From contig OX597815.1 in NCBI GenBank assembly GCA_951406725.2, forward strand, positions 20,212,001-20,276,000: a DNA stretch of 64,000 bases. The letters are read 5' to 3'. Source of the stretch: Octopus vulgaris. Lineage: Eukaryota. Positions 13,256-25,441 of the stretch are shown one piece after another. How positions within the stretch are numbered: position 1 is the first letter of the stretch; the number at the start of each line of letters is the position of its first letter. The translations under genes were made by a program, and so were the position numbers. The notes below the pieces were generated by a model. That model saw nothing but the letters and a program-made list of their open reading frames with translations, ran no database searches and was not told the origin of the DNA.

Positions 13256-13736
13256 TGATGGCTGCCCCCTGGTTTTTTATTATGGCCATTGCACAAAGCT
13301 TAACTGTTATTGGTGCTGTGATCGAATGTGACTTTTTAGACCAGCTAAAGATCTACAATGTTTTGTACAGAGTTGGCAACTAAAACTTTTACCGGCAGTA
13401 GCCGGCTGTAGTTGTAACTGGGCTTCATGTACCTTTGCATGTCGTTTAAGTCCTCCTACCGAATTACACTTTCTTCCACATGCCAGAAAGATATCATTAG
13501 TATGGTGTAATGCTCATCTAGCATGCCCAAGCTCCTACACATTAATACTCAAAGCTGGAGATGAAATTAACTCAGACAGTAACTTTCTTAACTCAGATTT
13601 CGTCCGGTTTTCCATTATCCGGCTTAATGGGGTATGGTTTGATGAGGGTAAATTCAATATAAAAAATGTCAATACAGAAAAAAATAAGTGAGAGATAGAC
13701 AATAAAAGGGTAACGAGAGAGACTATCGTTTAATTA

Positions 13737-14260
13737 CCGTAAATCCTCGAGTATAGTCTGCCCTTCAGTATAATACGTGGGGGATTTTTAGGGGGCTGTA
13801 CTTCTGAAAAACCTAAGCCTTGTGTATAATACGCACCCCTTCTCTAACTTCAGTCGTGCGTAATTAAGCCAGCAGCGCCTAGTCGAACAAACACTTCCGC
13901 ACATGCGTAATACAATAATGGTGATGTTCTTAACTGTTATATGGGAATGTAAATATGTTTGCAAATTGTGTTTTTTACATGTTATTCTGTGTTCTGAATA
14001 CTTTTATTTCAATAAATGCTGCTTACTGCAAGTTATGGATGATTCTTTTATGAATTCATTGCTTTCAGGCTTAGCTTAAGGTATTTTCGCGCCCGACATC
14101 ACAAAATGCGTCTGAATAAACATTGCCGGACAGCAAATAGAGACTCGGACATTGCTTAGAAAATATAATTCATTTTTAACCTCGTATATAGTACGCACTA
14201 GGGATTTTGACCTTTAAATTTTGTGGGGAGGAAATGCGTATTATACTCGAGGATTTACAG
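13737..14260. mobile_element. pogo/Tigger-like (Tc1/mariner superfamily) MITE
   Basis: TIRs CCGTAAATCCTCGAGTATA / TATACTCGAGGATTTACAG, TA on both flanks, repeated subterminal GTATAATACGCAC-like motifs. Confidence 0.85.
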
Positions 14261-15086
14261 TATTTGTAAATGTAACTGTATGTATACATTTAATATATTT
14301 AATAAACAGAATAAATTTTTAAAAAAAACATTTGCTCACGTTTTAACTTAGCTGCTTTCCGTTGGGATTTACTCGGTTTTAATGCTATCGTTTCTATAAC
14401 TCTTTCACAAACAAACAAAAGTAGATGTGGACTCCACATTGTGGAGGAATTAAATGAAATACTGTTGTCTTCAGGCTTAAAATCAACATTGGACAACATC
14501 TCTTTTCTGCAAAATCTCAATAACAATAAGTGCTAGGTCGATACGATTGATTAAAACACTTGAAGGTCGTGCCCTAGTGGCCGCAGTCCAATGACTGAAA
14601 CCTGAAAACGTATAAAAGAAGAGGCGCAGGCATCGCTAAATGAAAAAGAATTTTTTCGTTTCGTGGTTTCGAGATCGATCCTGCTGAACGACACTTTGGG
14701 AAATAATTTTCTGCTGTCCTGGGTTGACTTAATACCATGAGTGAAATCTTGTTGCTGGAAACTGTACGGAAACCCAGCACATGTTCGTGTTACCGCTTAA
14801 GCCAGAGTCAATGCGTCCCTTCATGTAATAAGTTTTACTTACGGTTCAATAAGCAGAGGTCGCTGAGATAAGTACCAGACTAAAATTAATGCTAAGGTCG
14901 ATACTACGACCAGCTAAACTTTGAAGGTGGTATTCCAGCTTGACTACAGGTCAGTGAGTGAAACCAGAGAAAGTATTTTAAGTGTATAAACCGCGAAGTA
15001 TGGTTGAGGCTGCAATCATACAACAAAGGTCGAAGGATCGGATTAGGCCACGATACTACAGTGAAAGTGCGTATTATGAAACTAAT

Positions 15087-15477
15087 GGTGGATGGAAGCA
15101 CTCCGTCGGTTACGACGACGAGGGTTCCGGTTGATCCGAATCAACGGAACAGCCTGCTCGTGAAATTATCGTGTAAGTGGCTGAGCACTCCACAGACACG
15201 TGTACCCTTAACGTAGTTCTCGGGGATATTCAGCGTGACACAGAGAGTGACAAGGCTGGCCCTTTGAAATACAGGTACAACAGAAACAGGAAGAAAGAGT
15301 GAGAGAAAGTTGTGGTGAAAGAGTTCAGCAGGGATCACCACCATCCCCTGCCGGAGCCTCGTGAAGCTTTTAGGTGTTATCGCTCAATAAACGCTCACAA
15401 CGCCCGGTCTGGGAATCGAAACCGCGATCCTACGACCGCGAGTCCGCTGCCCTAACCATTGGGCCATTGCGCCTCCA
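15087..15477 (-). mobile_element. tRNA-derived SINE family B2
   Basis: Reverse complement of the copy at 15816; approximate TSD TGAAAC(T/C)AAT. Confidence 0.88.
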
Positions 15478-15815
15478 TGAAACCAATAATAAGCAAGTTT
15501 CACCAAATATTTCATTTAAAATATCTATTGTGATTGATCAACTTGCTAAAAACAATATCCAAATATCCCTCAAATCACTCCCTACGGTCTTTAAAATGAT
15601 GAAGAGCACCTTTGATACTAGAATCCTAGATAGACAACATCATATGTTTGCTGGATGAATTTTTAAAAAGATGTCTAAGATGAATGAAGAATGCAGGACG
15701 AAGTCTTGTAAATATGGATGTATTGGTGGTTGTGTAGTTAAAACTTGTTGTACTTCGTATCTACATGATTTCGGGTTCAATCCCACTGCATGGTGTATAG
15801 GGTAGATGTATGCTA

Positions 15816-16186
15816 GTGGAGGCGCAATGGCCCAGTGGTTAGGGCAGCGGACTCGCGGTCATAGGATCGCGGTTTCGATTCCCAGACCGGGCGTTGTGAG
15901 TGTTTATTGAGCAAAAACACCTAAAAGCTCCACGAGGCTCCGGCAGGGATGGTGGTGATCCCTGCTGTACTCTTTCACCACAACTTTCTCTCACTCTTAC
16001 TTCCTGTTTCTGTTGTACCTGTATTTCAAAGGGCCGGCCTTGTCACTCTCTGTGTCACGCTGAATATCCCCGAGAACTACGTTAACGGTACACGTGTCTG
16101 TGGAGTGCTCGGCCACTTACACGTTAATTTCACGTTGATCGGATCAACCGGAACCCTCATCGTCGTAACCGACGGGGTGCTTCCAC
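15816..16186 (+). mobile_element. tRNA-derived SINE family B2, nested in an older family-A-like SINE
   Basis: Head GGAGGCGCAATGGCCCAGTGGTTAGGGCAGCGG...GGTTTCGATTCCC; 12-bp TSD AGATGTATGCTA (15804-15815, 16187-16198). Confidence 0.92.
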
Positions 16187-16352
16187 AGATGTATGCTACC
16201 ATAACCTCGAACTAGTCAAAGCCTTGTGAATAGAATTTGCTTACAGAAACTGCATGGAAGCTCATCAGTGAGATATCTCCAGTTCTTGAGTTGTAAGCTT
16301 AAACCATCGCCTGATTTAACACCGCCAATTAACCCTTGAGTACTTTTGTAGA

Positions 16353-16701
16353 AGTGAAGGCGCATGACTTAGTGGTTGAAGGCGCATGACTTAGTGGTTA
16401 GGGTATTCGACTCACGATCGTAAAGTCGGGAGTTCAATCCCCGACGACTCGTTCTGTCCTTGGGCAAAACACTCTATTTCACGTTGCTCCAGTCCACTTA
16501 GCTGGCAAAAATCAGTAGTACTTATATTTCAAAGGGCCGGCCTTATCACACTCTGTGTCATGCTGAAACTCCCTGAGAACTACGTTAAGGGTACACGTGT
16601 GTCTGCGGAGGGCTCAGCCACTTGCATGTTAATTTCACGAGCAGGCTGTTCCGTCGATCGGATGAATTGGGACCCTTGTCGTCGTAACCGACGGAGTGCC
16701 G
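16353..16701 (+). mobile_element. tRNA-derived SINE family B1 with a short tandem duplication of its 5' end
   Basis: TSD CTTTTGTAGA; TGAAGGCGCATGACTTAGTGGT occurs twice; CORE-like block; tail shared with B2. Confidence 0.9.
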
Positions 16702-16843
16702 CTTTTGTAGAGTAAATTCTGTTGCAAGCATTCGGGCCATGTCTCCAGTATCAGTATAGTTTCCTCTTTTCTATCCACTAGTCATCGTGATCCTGAAGAG
16801 AGGCCATGAGGTCTGCCCTTCCTGCACTGACTAAGCCATTAAA

Positions 16844-17168
16844 GTGAGGGCGCGTGGCTTAGTGGTTAGGGCATTCGGCTCATGATCGTAAGGTTGTGAG
16901 TTCGATTCCCGGCGACGCGTTGTGTCCTTGAGCAAGACACTTTATTTCACGTTGCTCCAGTCCACTCAGCTGGCAAAAATGAGTTGTACTTGTATTTCAA
17001 AGGGTCAGCCTTGTCACTCTCTGTGTCACGCTGATTTTCCCCGAGAACTATGTCAAGGGTATACGTGTCTGTGGAATGCTCAGCCATTTGCACGTTAATT
17101 TCACGAGCAAGCTGTTCCGTTGATCGTATCAGCTGGGACCCTCGTCGTCGTAACCGGCGGAGTCTTCT
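16844..17168 (+). mobile_element. tRNA-derived SINE family B1
   Basis: A/B boxes TGGCTTAGTGG and GAGTTCGATTCC; 12-bp TSD TAAGCCATTAAA. Confidence 0.92.
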
Positions 17169-17201
17169 TAAGCCATTAAAAAATGCGTTGATAGTTTAGT
17201 A

Positions 17202-17347
17202 CAGTCATGAGCAAACTGCAGCCCTCGAGATGTTTTAAATGATATGCCTAATAAAAAGTTACCTGGAATTTTTCTAGTGGTATACCCAGCCGGATGATTA
17301 TCTATGTCTCCTGCGGCCCGTTTTTCGAAAAAGATTGCTCGTGCCAG
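17202..17347. mobile_element. hAT (Charlie-like) MITE
   Basis: Imperfect TIRs CAGTCATGAGCAA / TTGCTCGTGCCAG, internal TGCGGCCC-type motifs, 8-bp TSD GTTTAGTA / GTTTAATA. Confidence 0.65.
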
Positions 17348-17445
17348 GTTTAATAGATGTGCGCCAGTGTTTTGAAAGTACAGGTGCTCAGTACTAGCAA
17401 CTAACCAACACAGGCCGAGTTATGCTGAGTATGCGCTCATTGTGC

Positions 17446-17851
17446 ATACTCTATATGGCTCAAAAACCTGGACGTTATCAAAGAAGCTTGAGATGCGGTT
17501 GGATGGAACCTACACACGCCTCCTTATGAGAGCTCAAAATCTCTCGTTGAAGCGCCATCCAACCAAAATGCAAATATATGGGAAACTACCACCTGCGTCA
17601 TCTCTTGTGAAAGGTAGGAGAGTCCAGTTTGCTGGACATTGTTGTAGAGCTGAAAAAGAGGTAATTTCTCCTCTTCTCCTCTGGAAGCCATCTACTCGCA
17701 ATACCAGAGGGCGCACACTCTCCTACCCTGATGTAATCTCCAGGGATACAGGCATCCAGCAACAGGACCTCCGTAATGCCATGATGGACCGTGAAGTCTG
17801 GCGTAGCATGGTAAATTCCATTGTCTCGACCACGGTCGAACAATGATGATG
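17446..17851 (+). mobile_element. 5'-truncated RTE-group LINE fragment (ORF C-terminus running straight into a (TGA)n tail)
   Basis: LYGSKTW...RRVQFAGHC...AMMDREVWR motifs; near-identical copy at 49017-49451. Confidence 0.85.
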
Positions 17852-18029
17852 AATGATGTGTTTGAAGAGAATCATAGAAATACTGCGACCAAAAGTGTTT
17901 TTCGTAATACTGAATGCTCTGGTTTCCTAGAAGGATAATGAGAAAAATGATCTAGTATTTCCCAAGAAATATTTTTTATATGAAGAAGTTTAATATTGGT
18001 TTCAAATTTTAGCACAAGCCCAGCAATTT

Positions 18030-18335
18030 AATCGACCCCGAAAGGATAAAAGGTAAAGTCGACCTCGGCAGTATATGAACTCAGAACGTAAAGACGGACG
18101 AAATACCTATTTCTTTACGACCCACAAGGGGCTAAACACAGAAGGAACAAACAAGGACAAACAAAGGGATTAAGTCGATTACATCGACCCCATTGCATAA
18201 CTGGTACTTTATTTATCGACCCCGAAAGGATGAAAGACAAAGTCGACCTCGGCGGAATTTGAACTCACAACGTAACGACAGACGAAATACGGCTACGCAT
18301 TTCGCTCGGCGTGCTAACGTTTCTGCCAACTCACC
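18030..18335 (-). mobile_element. SINE family C with a partial module duplication
   Basis: High similarity to 3617-4036. Confidence 0.85.
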
Positions 18336-19177
18336 TCAAGGGAGTTTAATATTAACAGCATAAAGTGTAATAAGAAACCTATTTTGATATCAAATTAACA
18401 CAAAACTTCAACTTGTAAGACTAAAAGGAAGTGTAGTTAAAAGATCGATCCTGGTTAACGCTCTTCTCTTTTTTATCCACCTTGGTGGATAAAAGTGTTA
18501 GCTGTAATGCAATTTCAGCCTAGGGACAAAGTAACTACAGCTAAGCATACAGTCCGATTCTCTCCTAATTTTAATATCTTCTACTCTTTTTAACCAATAA
18601 CAGTTAAAATGTATTACTTGGTATTCGTTAAAGGAATAATTGTTGTTGAAAGGACATGCTAATTATATACTAATATTAAATTAAGAGGTTTAATATAGAT
18701 TTTAAAAGTTGTGTTAATCCATAAATGATATTACAGTTTTTTAGGGGAGCTTAATTAGGAGGGTTGCTTATATAAAGCCAATATAAATACCAAAATTAAG
18801 AGGACGGAACACTTTAAGAAAGAGATAAAAAACTTAATTACTAAAACTATTTTAAACAATACGTCATTAATGTATAAAGTTAAAATTTCGGGTTATCAGA
18901 AAGATTTATCACTGAGGTGGGAGAACAAATTTACTATAAATTAGTTAAATTATAATCTAAGCAGTTTAATTTTAAGTTGTGAAGATACCCATATTGTTTT
19001 TTATAAGCTAAGTATGAATTTATAGGGGTACAAAAATTTAGGTTTGTCAAAAGGCAATTATAAAGTATTAAAATGATCGGGTAGGGTAAAAACAGCATAG
19101 AAAAGGATATAAGATAGCTTAATCACTAAAATCATGATGAAGTATATATACAACTTAGTAACTTCAATAGAGAAGAA

Positions 19178-19428
19178 TGTGCCGGTGGCACGTAAAAAGC
19201 ACCATCCGACCGTGGTCGTTTGCCAGCCTCGTCTGGCACCTGTGCAGGTGGCATGTAAAAAGCACCCACTACACTCACGGAGTGGTTGACGTTAGGAAGG
19301 GCATCCAGCCGTAGAAACATTGCCAGATCAGACTGGTGCCTGGTGCAGCCTCCTGGCTTCCCAGACCCCAGTTGAGCCATCCAACCCATGCTAGCATGGA
19401 AAGCGGACGCTAAATGATGATGATGATG
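19178..19428 (+). mobile_element. 3' UTR fragment of the RTE LINE family with a (GAT)n tail; sister fragments at ~31005-31210(+), ~36700-37158(+), ~38130-38258(-), ~39645-39862(+), ~40815-41092(+), ~47040-47396(+), ~57062-57443(+), ~60652-60900(-)
   Basis: Shared ...AAAAAGCACCCACTACACTCACGGAGTGGTTG...CCAACCCATGCTAGCATGGAAAGCGGACG-TAAA-(GAT)n, contiguous with the RTE ORF in the copy at 35315-36620. Confidence 0.85.
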
Positions 19429-19836
19429 AATTCAAGTATTTAAAACTAAAAATTGTTTATTTACTTAATTAGCTTGTATCTATAATCACTGATACCCAGT
19501 ATTAATTAAAGGAAAATTAATGCTGTAGGGCATGCTACCTATGCACTGATTTTCAACTAAGAGGTACATTATAAGTTTTAAATCACAAGATCAATAAAGT
19601 GCTGCTTTCTAAAATATTTGAAATTACGGGTGGTACTATGTACACATGATACCCTAAGGTCTAATCGATTATTAATCAGGTGGCCATAATCTTTGTGCTT
19701 AAAAATTTCATATGTTTCCATAGAGCAAAGCTCACACCCATATCATATCTGCTATTTCTATAAGGCTGAGCTTTTTTTATTCTTTCTTATTATTTACCGT
19801 ACAAATTCTGGTACTTATATATATATATATATATAT

Positions 19837-20225
19837 ACTCTTTTACTCTTTTACTTGTTTCAGTCATTTGACTGTGGCCATGCTGGAGCACCGCCTTTAG
19901 TCGAGAGCAAATCGACCCCGGGACTTATTCTATCGGGCTCCTTTTACCGAACCGCTAAGTTACGGGGACGTAAACACATCAGCATCGGTTGTCAAGCGAT
20001 GTTGGGGGGACAAACACAGACACGCAAACATATACACACACATACATATATAGATACATATATACGACGGGCTTCTTTCAGTTTCCGTCTACCAAATCCA
20101 CTCACAAGGCTTTGGTCGGCCCGAGGCTATAGTAGAAGACACTCGCCAAAGATGGCACGCAGTGGGACTGAACCCGGAACCATGTGGTTCGGAAGCAAGC
20201 TACTTACCACACAGCCACTCCTGCG

Positions 20226-20261
<36 letters not shown>

Positions 20262-20485
20262 TGTGTGTGTATATGTTTGTGTGTCTGTGTTTGTCCCCCT
20301 AGCATTGCTTGACAACCGATGGTGGTGTGTTTACGTCCCCGTCACTTAGCGGTTCGGCAAAAGAGACCGATAGAATAAGTACTGGGCTTACAAAGAATAA
20401 GTCCCGGGGTCGATTTGCTCGGCTAAAGGCAGTGCTCCAGCATGGCCGCAGTCAAATGACTGAAACAAGTAAAAGAGTAAAGAGA

Positions 20486-20486
<1 letters not shown>
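19837..20486. mobile_element. Family A SINE (minus, ~19837-20228) followed by an oppositely oriented family A 3' half (plus, ~20260-20486)
   Basis: Match to the family A consensus; the two tails form an inverted repeat of ~200 bp. Confidence 0.88.
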
Positions 20487-20546
<60 letters not shown>

Positions 20547-21713
20547 CGCACATACGTACATACATATATATACACACACTACATACGTGTGTATGATTAT
20601 CAACGTTACACACAAAGCAATATATAATACATCTCAATAGCGGAAGATATAAGATTGTAATACTGTTGTTCAAACTGTGTAAAAAAAAGCCGTGTCCAGT
20701 TTCATAATTACTCTCCCACTTCATAAAACTTAAACAAAAACAAAAAAAAAAGACCATTATAATTTTAAGCCACCACAACCTAAGGTGATAATTCGTCGAA
20801 GCCGATTTAAAATATGCTGATTAAGTACTAAACCACATTTATTTTGAATTTAGCCGGAACTGAAATCAATAAATCCAAAACTCTACTTTCTGTTAGGATT
20901 TATTTATGACAAGATTTTTTTTTCCCTTTATTATGTTTCCTTGTAGTTATTTGTCTGGAACGAATATATCTGTAGAAATTTATTACTTTGTGGAGGGAAA
21001 AGAAAAAGGTATTTTGGAAAGAATGCAAGGGAGATTACTCGTGATCATAGTTGAATAAGGAGTGCTTTACCTTCTATCAATGGTTTTTGTTTCAAAAAAT
21101 GGGACAAACTTAAATTAGTTTAGCTTTATGATAACAACCAAGCCAAAAGATTCAATTTAATAATTACAAAAAAAAATTACATGATATTCTAGAAAATTCA
21201 CATAGTTTTACTAAATTAAGAAGAATCGAAAGAGAAACAGTTGTATTTTCTATTTCAATGTGCTTGAAATTGATAAAATGGGTACAAGTAGAAAAAATAG
21301 GTCACAACGAAGAAAGCATACGAAAAATTAATGAATCTTCTCCTTAAAAAAGGCACCAACACAACTGTTAACCCCCACCACCAAACGCTAATAACACATG
21401 CCACCAACACACAGACATGTAAGAATATATCCGTATACAAATATATGCATTTATGTGGTACTGGTGGTGATCGTCGTCGTTGTCGTGTGAGTGTGTGTAT
21501 ATATATATATATATATTTACGTAAATACGTATATGTATATATGTATATATTTCTTTATTACCCACAAGGGGCTAAACATAGAAGGGAGGGGACAAACAAG
21601 GCCAGACAAACGGATTAAGTCGATTATATCGACCCAGTTCGTAACTGGTACTTAATTTATCGACCCCGAAAGGATGAAAGGCAAAGTCGACCTCGGCGGA
21701 ATTTATATGCATA

Positions 21714-21747
<34 letters not shown>

Positions 21748-21842
21748 CATATATATATATCTATGCATGCATGTGGTGTGCATAGGTATATATACACACA
21801 TGCATCTTATGTGTGAGTGCAAATTTAAAAAATCTATAATAA

Positions 21843-22018
21843 ATGCACAAGGAAGGGAAGACAAACACAGAGGGTCGACAAATCCTCGTCAGTTATCGGC
21901 CAAACAGATCAACGCAATTTCGCGCCTTCGTTTGACGGCGCGAAATTTCATAAATCCTTTGGTCGATTACTGATAAGGATCTGGTGACCTTCTGTTTGTT
22001 TTCCCTTTGTTTGTGCAT
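21843..22018. other. Long imperfect fold-back (~85-bp arms, 10-nt loop)
   Basis: Inner stem AATTTCGCGCC/GGCGCGAAATT (21916-21947); complementarity continues out to ATGCACAA/TTGTGCAT. Confidence 0.8.
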
Positions 22019-22182
22019 ATCTCTATATATATTCCTTTATTCTTTTATATGTTTCAGTCCAATGACTGTGGCCATGCTGGAGCACCGCCATATATATATA
22101 TGTATGTATATGTATATATATGGGCGTGTGTGTATGTATGTATATATATGTGTGTGTATGTATAAGAAAGAAGAAAACAAAG

Positions 22183-22226
22183 GACCACTGATGCGGTCAC
22201 AGGAGTGTGACGAAAGAACTCTGGCC
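22183..22226 (+). ncRNA. Minimal hammerhead-like motif, variant core (CUGAUGC-G)
   Basis: GACCA-CTGATGCG-GTCACA(GGAG)TGTGAC-GAAA-GAAC-TC-TGGCC; followed by an AT-rich tract with AATAAA and then (TA)n. Confidence 0.55.
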
Positions 22227-22345
22227 GAAATAAGATTAAGATTAATGTAAAAAATAAATAACACTGAACCAAAATAACACCAAATATATAGTGCGTGTGT
22301 TTTTATTGGCTAAACTGGCTAAACTGGCAATATGACCATATATAT

Positions 22346-22418
<73 letters not shown>

Positions 22419-22474
22419 AGTATGTATGTATGTATGTATGTATGTATATATCTATATCTATATATATATATATA

Positions 22475-22522
<48 letters not shown>

Positions 22523-22960
22523 ACAAAATGGGACAAGAACGCAAAACATCCAGATAGACAATACAAAGAAAACAAGGATGGGTCATTCGGAGTTTTCTTT
22601 CCTCAGTCGAGTTCCAGATTATCTTTGCAATTTCGGCTGGTTATACTCCACAGTAGAGTGGAGAGAGTCTGTGCGGTGTTGTGAAAGCCTTATTAAAACT
22701 AAGATTTTAGGCTGCGCATTCGACGACGAGGCAACTATCCAATGCCTGGTCGAGTTCGAGGGTGGTGCGAACCCGAGTGAATCCGACCGCGGATGTAATA
22801 ACCTCGTGCACGGGCATTGCTGACATTTAGCATGGGCAATGGTCAGTGATAGTCTTGCTCGGTCACGTCATCACCATCGCCATTATCATTATATATACAT
22901 ACATACACATATGTATAAATACATTCAATATATACATATAGGCGCATTCAATATATATAT

Positions 22961-23119
22961 AGGCGCAGGAGTGGATGTGGTAAGTAGCTTGCTTACCAAC
23001 TACATGGTTCCAGGTTTGGTCCCACTGCGTGGAGCCTTGGTCAAGTGTCTTCTACTATAGCCACGGGCCGACTAAAGCTTTGTGAGTGGATTTGGTGGAC
23101 GGAAACTGAAAGAAACCCG

Positions 23120-23194
<75 letters not shown>

Positions 23195-23395
23195 TGTGTG
23201 TGCGCGCCCGCGTATGTTTATGTGTCTGTGTTTGTTCTCGCACCATCGCTTGACGACCGATGCTGGTGTGCTTACGCCCCCGTAACTTAGCGGTTCGGCG
23301 AAATAAATCGATAGAATAAGTACTTGGCTTACAAAGAATAAGTCCCGGGGTCGATTTGTTCGTCTAAAGGCGATGCTCCAGCATGGCCGCAGTCG
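22961..23395 (+). mobile_element. SINE family A
   Basis: Head, internal (TG)n, tail truncated at GGCCGCAGTC. Confidence 0.88.
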
Positions 23396-23671
23396 AATAG
23401 CCCGTTGTTGCCAGGCAATTCTAACAATAGAATGTCTTTAATAAAATTTTCTTTATTCTTTGTCAGATCATGCTTTCCTCGACAGATAGGTCTCTTGATC
23501 AGGACAGATTTGTGCAATTTTTCGCAAAAGATCTGTTAAGGATATTTTTCCTTTTTAATTTATATACATATCTGTTCGACCGTTTCACATGACGTTATTC
23601 ATTAAAACTTACAAAAACTTCAAAAGTTCTAACAACTTTGGTCGTCGTAAAGCTTTGCTTTTGTTTGTTTA

Positions 23672-23881
23672 CTCTTTACTCTTTTACTCTTTTACTTGTT
23701 TCAGTCATCTGACTGCGGCCATGCTGGAGCACCGCCTTTAATCGAGCAACTCGACCCCGGGACTTATTCTTTTGTAAGCCCAGTACTTATTCTATCAGTC
23801 TCTTTTGCCGCTAAGTAACGGAGACATAAACACACCAGCATCGGTTGTCAAGCAATGCTAGGGGGACAAAAACACACACGC

Positions 23882-23927
<46 letters not shown>

Positions 23928-24090
23928 GACGGGCTTCTTTCAGTTTCCGTCTACCAAATCCACTCACAAGGCTTTGGTCGACCCGAGGCTATAGTAGAAG
24001 ATACTTGCCCAAGGTGCCACGCAGTGGGACTGAACCCGGAACCATGTGGTTGGTAAACAAGCTACTTACCACACACCCACTCCTGCGCCT
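23672..24090 (-). mobile_element. SINE family A
   Basis: Full-length match including the (TAAAAGAG)n tail. Confidence 0.9.
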
Positions 24091-24529
24091 GTTTAATAAA
24101 AATTCTTCTTCCAAATGATTTTGCTTTCATTTTGTGATAGACAGCTATCATGCAGAAAATGCCACCTTCCAAATTCTGTTTTCCGATTAGGTAAAATTGA
24201 TTAAACTTTAAACCTCAGTAACACTTTTCTGCAGTTTTTCTGGAACAAATAAATAACAAAATCGGATTTAACGTGGAAAATTATTTCAATATACCAAATT
24301 TGAAAATTTTGACGTAATTTTTAAAATCTCACAATATGTGACAACCACAGGGAAGACCCTACAAAAGTAGAGACACAGATAGTTATAGGACGTCACATAC
24401 AGACACACACACACACATACACGCATACACACACATATACACACATTTACAAACGTACACACAGGTAATCACGAGTTGAAAATTGTGTATAGTAGATGTA
24501 TGTATGTATGCATGTATGTATGTATGTAC

Positions 24530-24575
<46 letters not shown>

Positions 24576-24689
24576 GTGTGTGTGTTTGTGAGTGTGTGTG
24601 CGTATGTATTTACGAAAGTATGTATGCAGTGTCGCGTTTATATTACAGCTGTATTAATGTTTTCATATTTGTCGCTTACTCCCTTCCTC

Positions 24690-24940
24690 GATATCAATCA
24701 CACTCGCTCTGTTACTACGTTTCCCTCAGACTAATACTTTTTGAACCCTTCTTATTTTATCATATAATTCGCCCAACCCCACTAAGGGGCATATTATAGA
24801 TTTTTATTGAAATCCAATTAGCCTATTATTGAACTGAATAATAGTGTAACATGTATGCAAAGTTTGGTGAAAATTGGTTCGCTGGTTTAGGCAGTAATAT
24901 GGTAACAGACAGAAATTGCCATTCATATAAAAGATATATA
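24690..24940 (+). mobile_element. Possible Helentron/DINE-1-like non-autonomous element
   Basis: CATGTATGCAAAGTTTGGTGAAAATTGG...ACAGACAGA...TATAAAAGAT motif order resembles this class; from recall only. Confidence 0.3.
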
Positions 24941-24942
24941 TA

Positions 24943-24978
<36 letters not shown>

Positions 24979-25406
24979 TTTTAAATTAATACGTTCTCAA
25001 ACCAGCCATAACTACTGCAGTAAATTGTTTTATGCAGTATTATTTCCTATAATTTAGCGCGCCAAAACGAGGACTTTTGAAAAATAACCACAAATGTAAT
25101 AGGTAGAACTACAAACATGTTCGACCTCGTGGGGATGTATGGTGTGTAGTTCTGCAAATTATATCTGTATGGACGATCATACTGAAGATCTAAAGATAAA
25201 TTGCGTAAGTAAAATTACGTAATTTGTTAATAGTGAAACATTGTTTATGATTAATCTATATTTTTGTTACATTTCATTTGTCTTGCTCGCTTACGTTTCT
25301 GGTGCTTGTTAAATTTTCTAGAGAACAATTCTTAATGGTAAGACTATAGCAGTTCTACTTCTTGCATTAGGGTGTCCACATAGTGGTAATCCCTCTTATA
25401 TATATG

Positions 25407-25441
<35 letters not shown>

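Noticed and set aside
14299-14526. Possible minus-strand exon (75-aa ORF with AG and GTGAG borders)
   Set aside because: No recognisable homology and no partner exons; it lies well beyond the HSF stop codon.
15816-15890. tRNA genes at SINE heads (also 3262, 16844, 31757)
   Set aside because: A/B boxes are present, but each continues into a repeated body and tail, several with TSDs, and I could not close a proper acceptor stem; they are tRNA-derived SINE heads.
18600-19800. Decayed mitochondrial insertion (NUMT) suggested by AT-rich, non-repetitive composition
   Set aside because: I could not recover any convincing mitochondrial protein, rRNA or tRNA motif by eye; BLASTn against cephalopod mtDNA would settle it.
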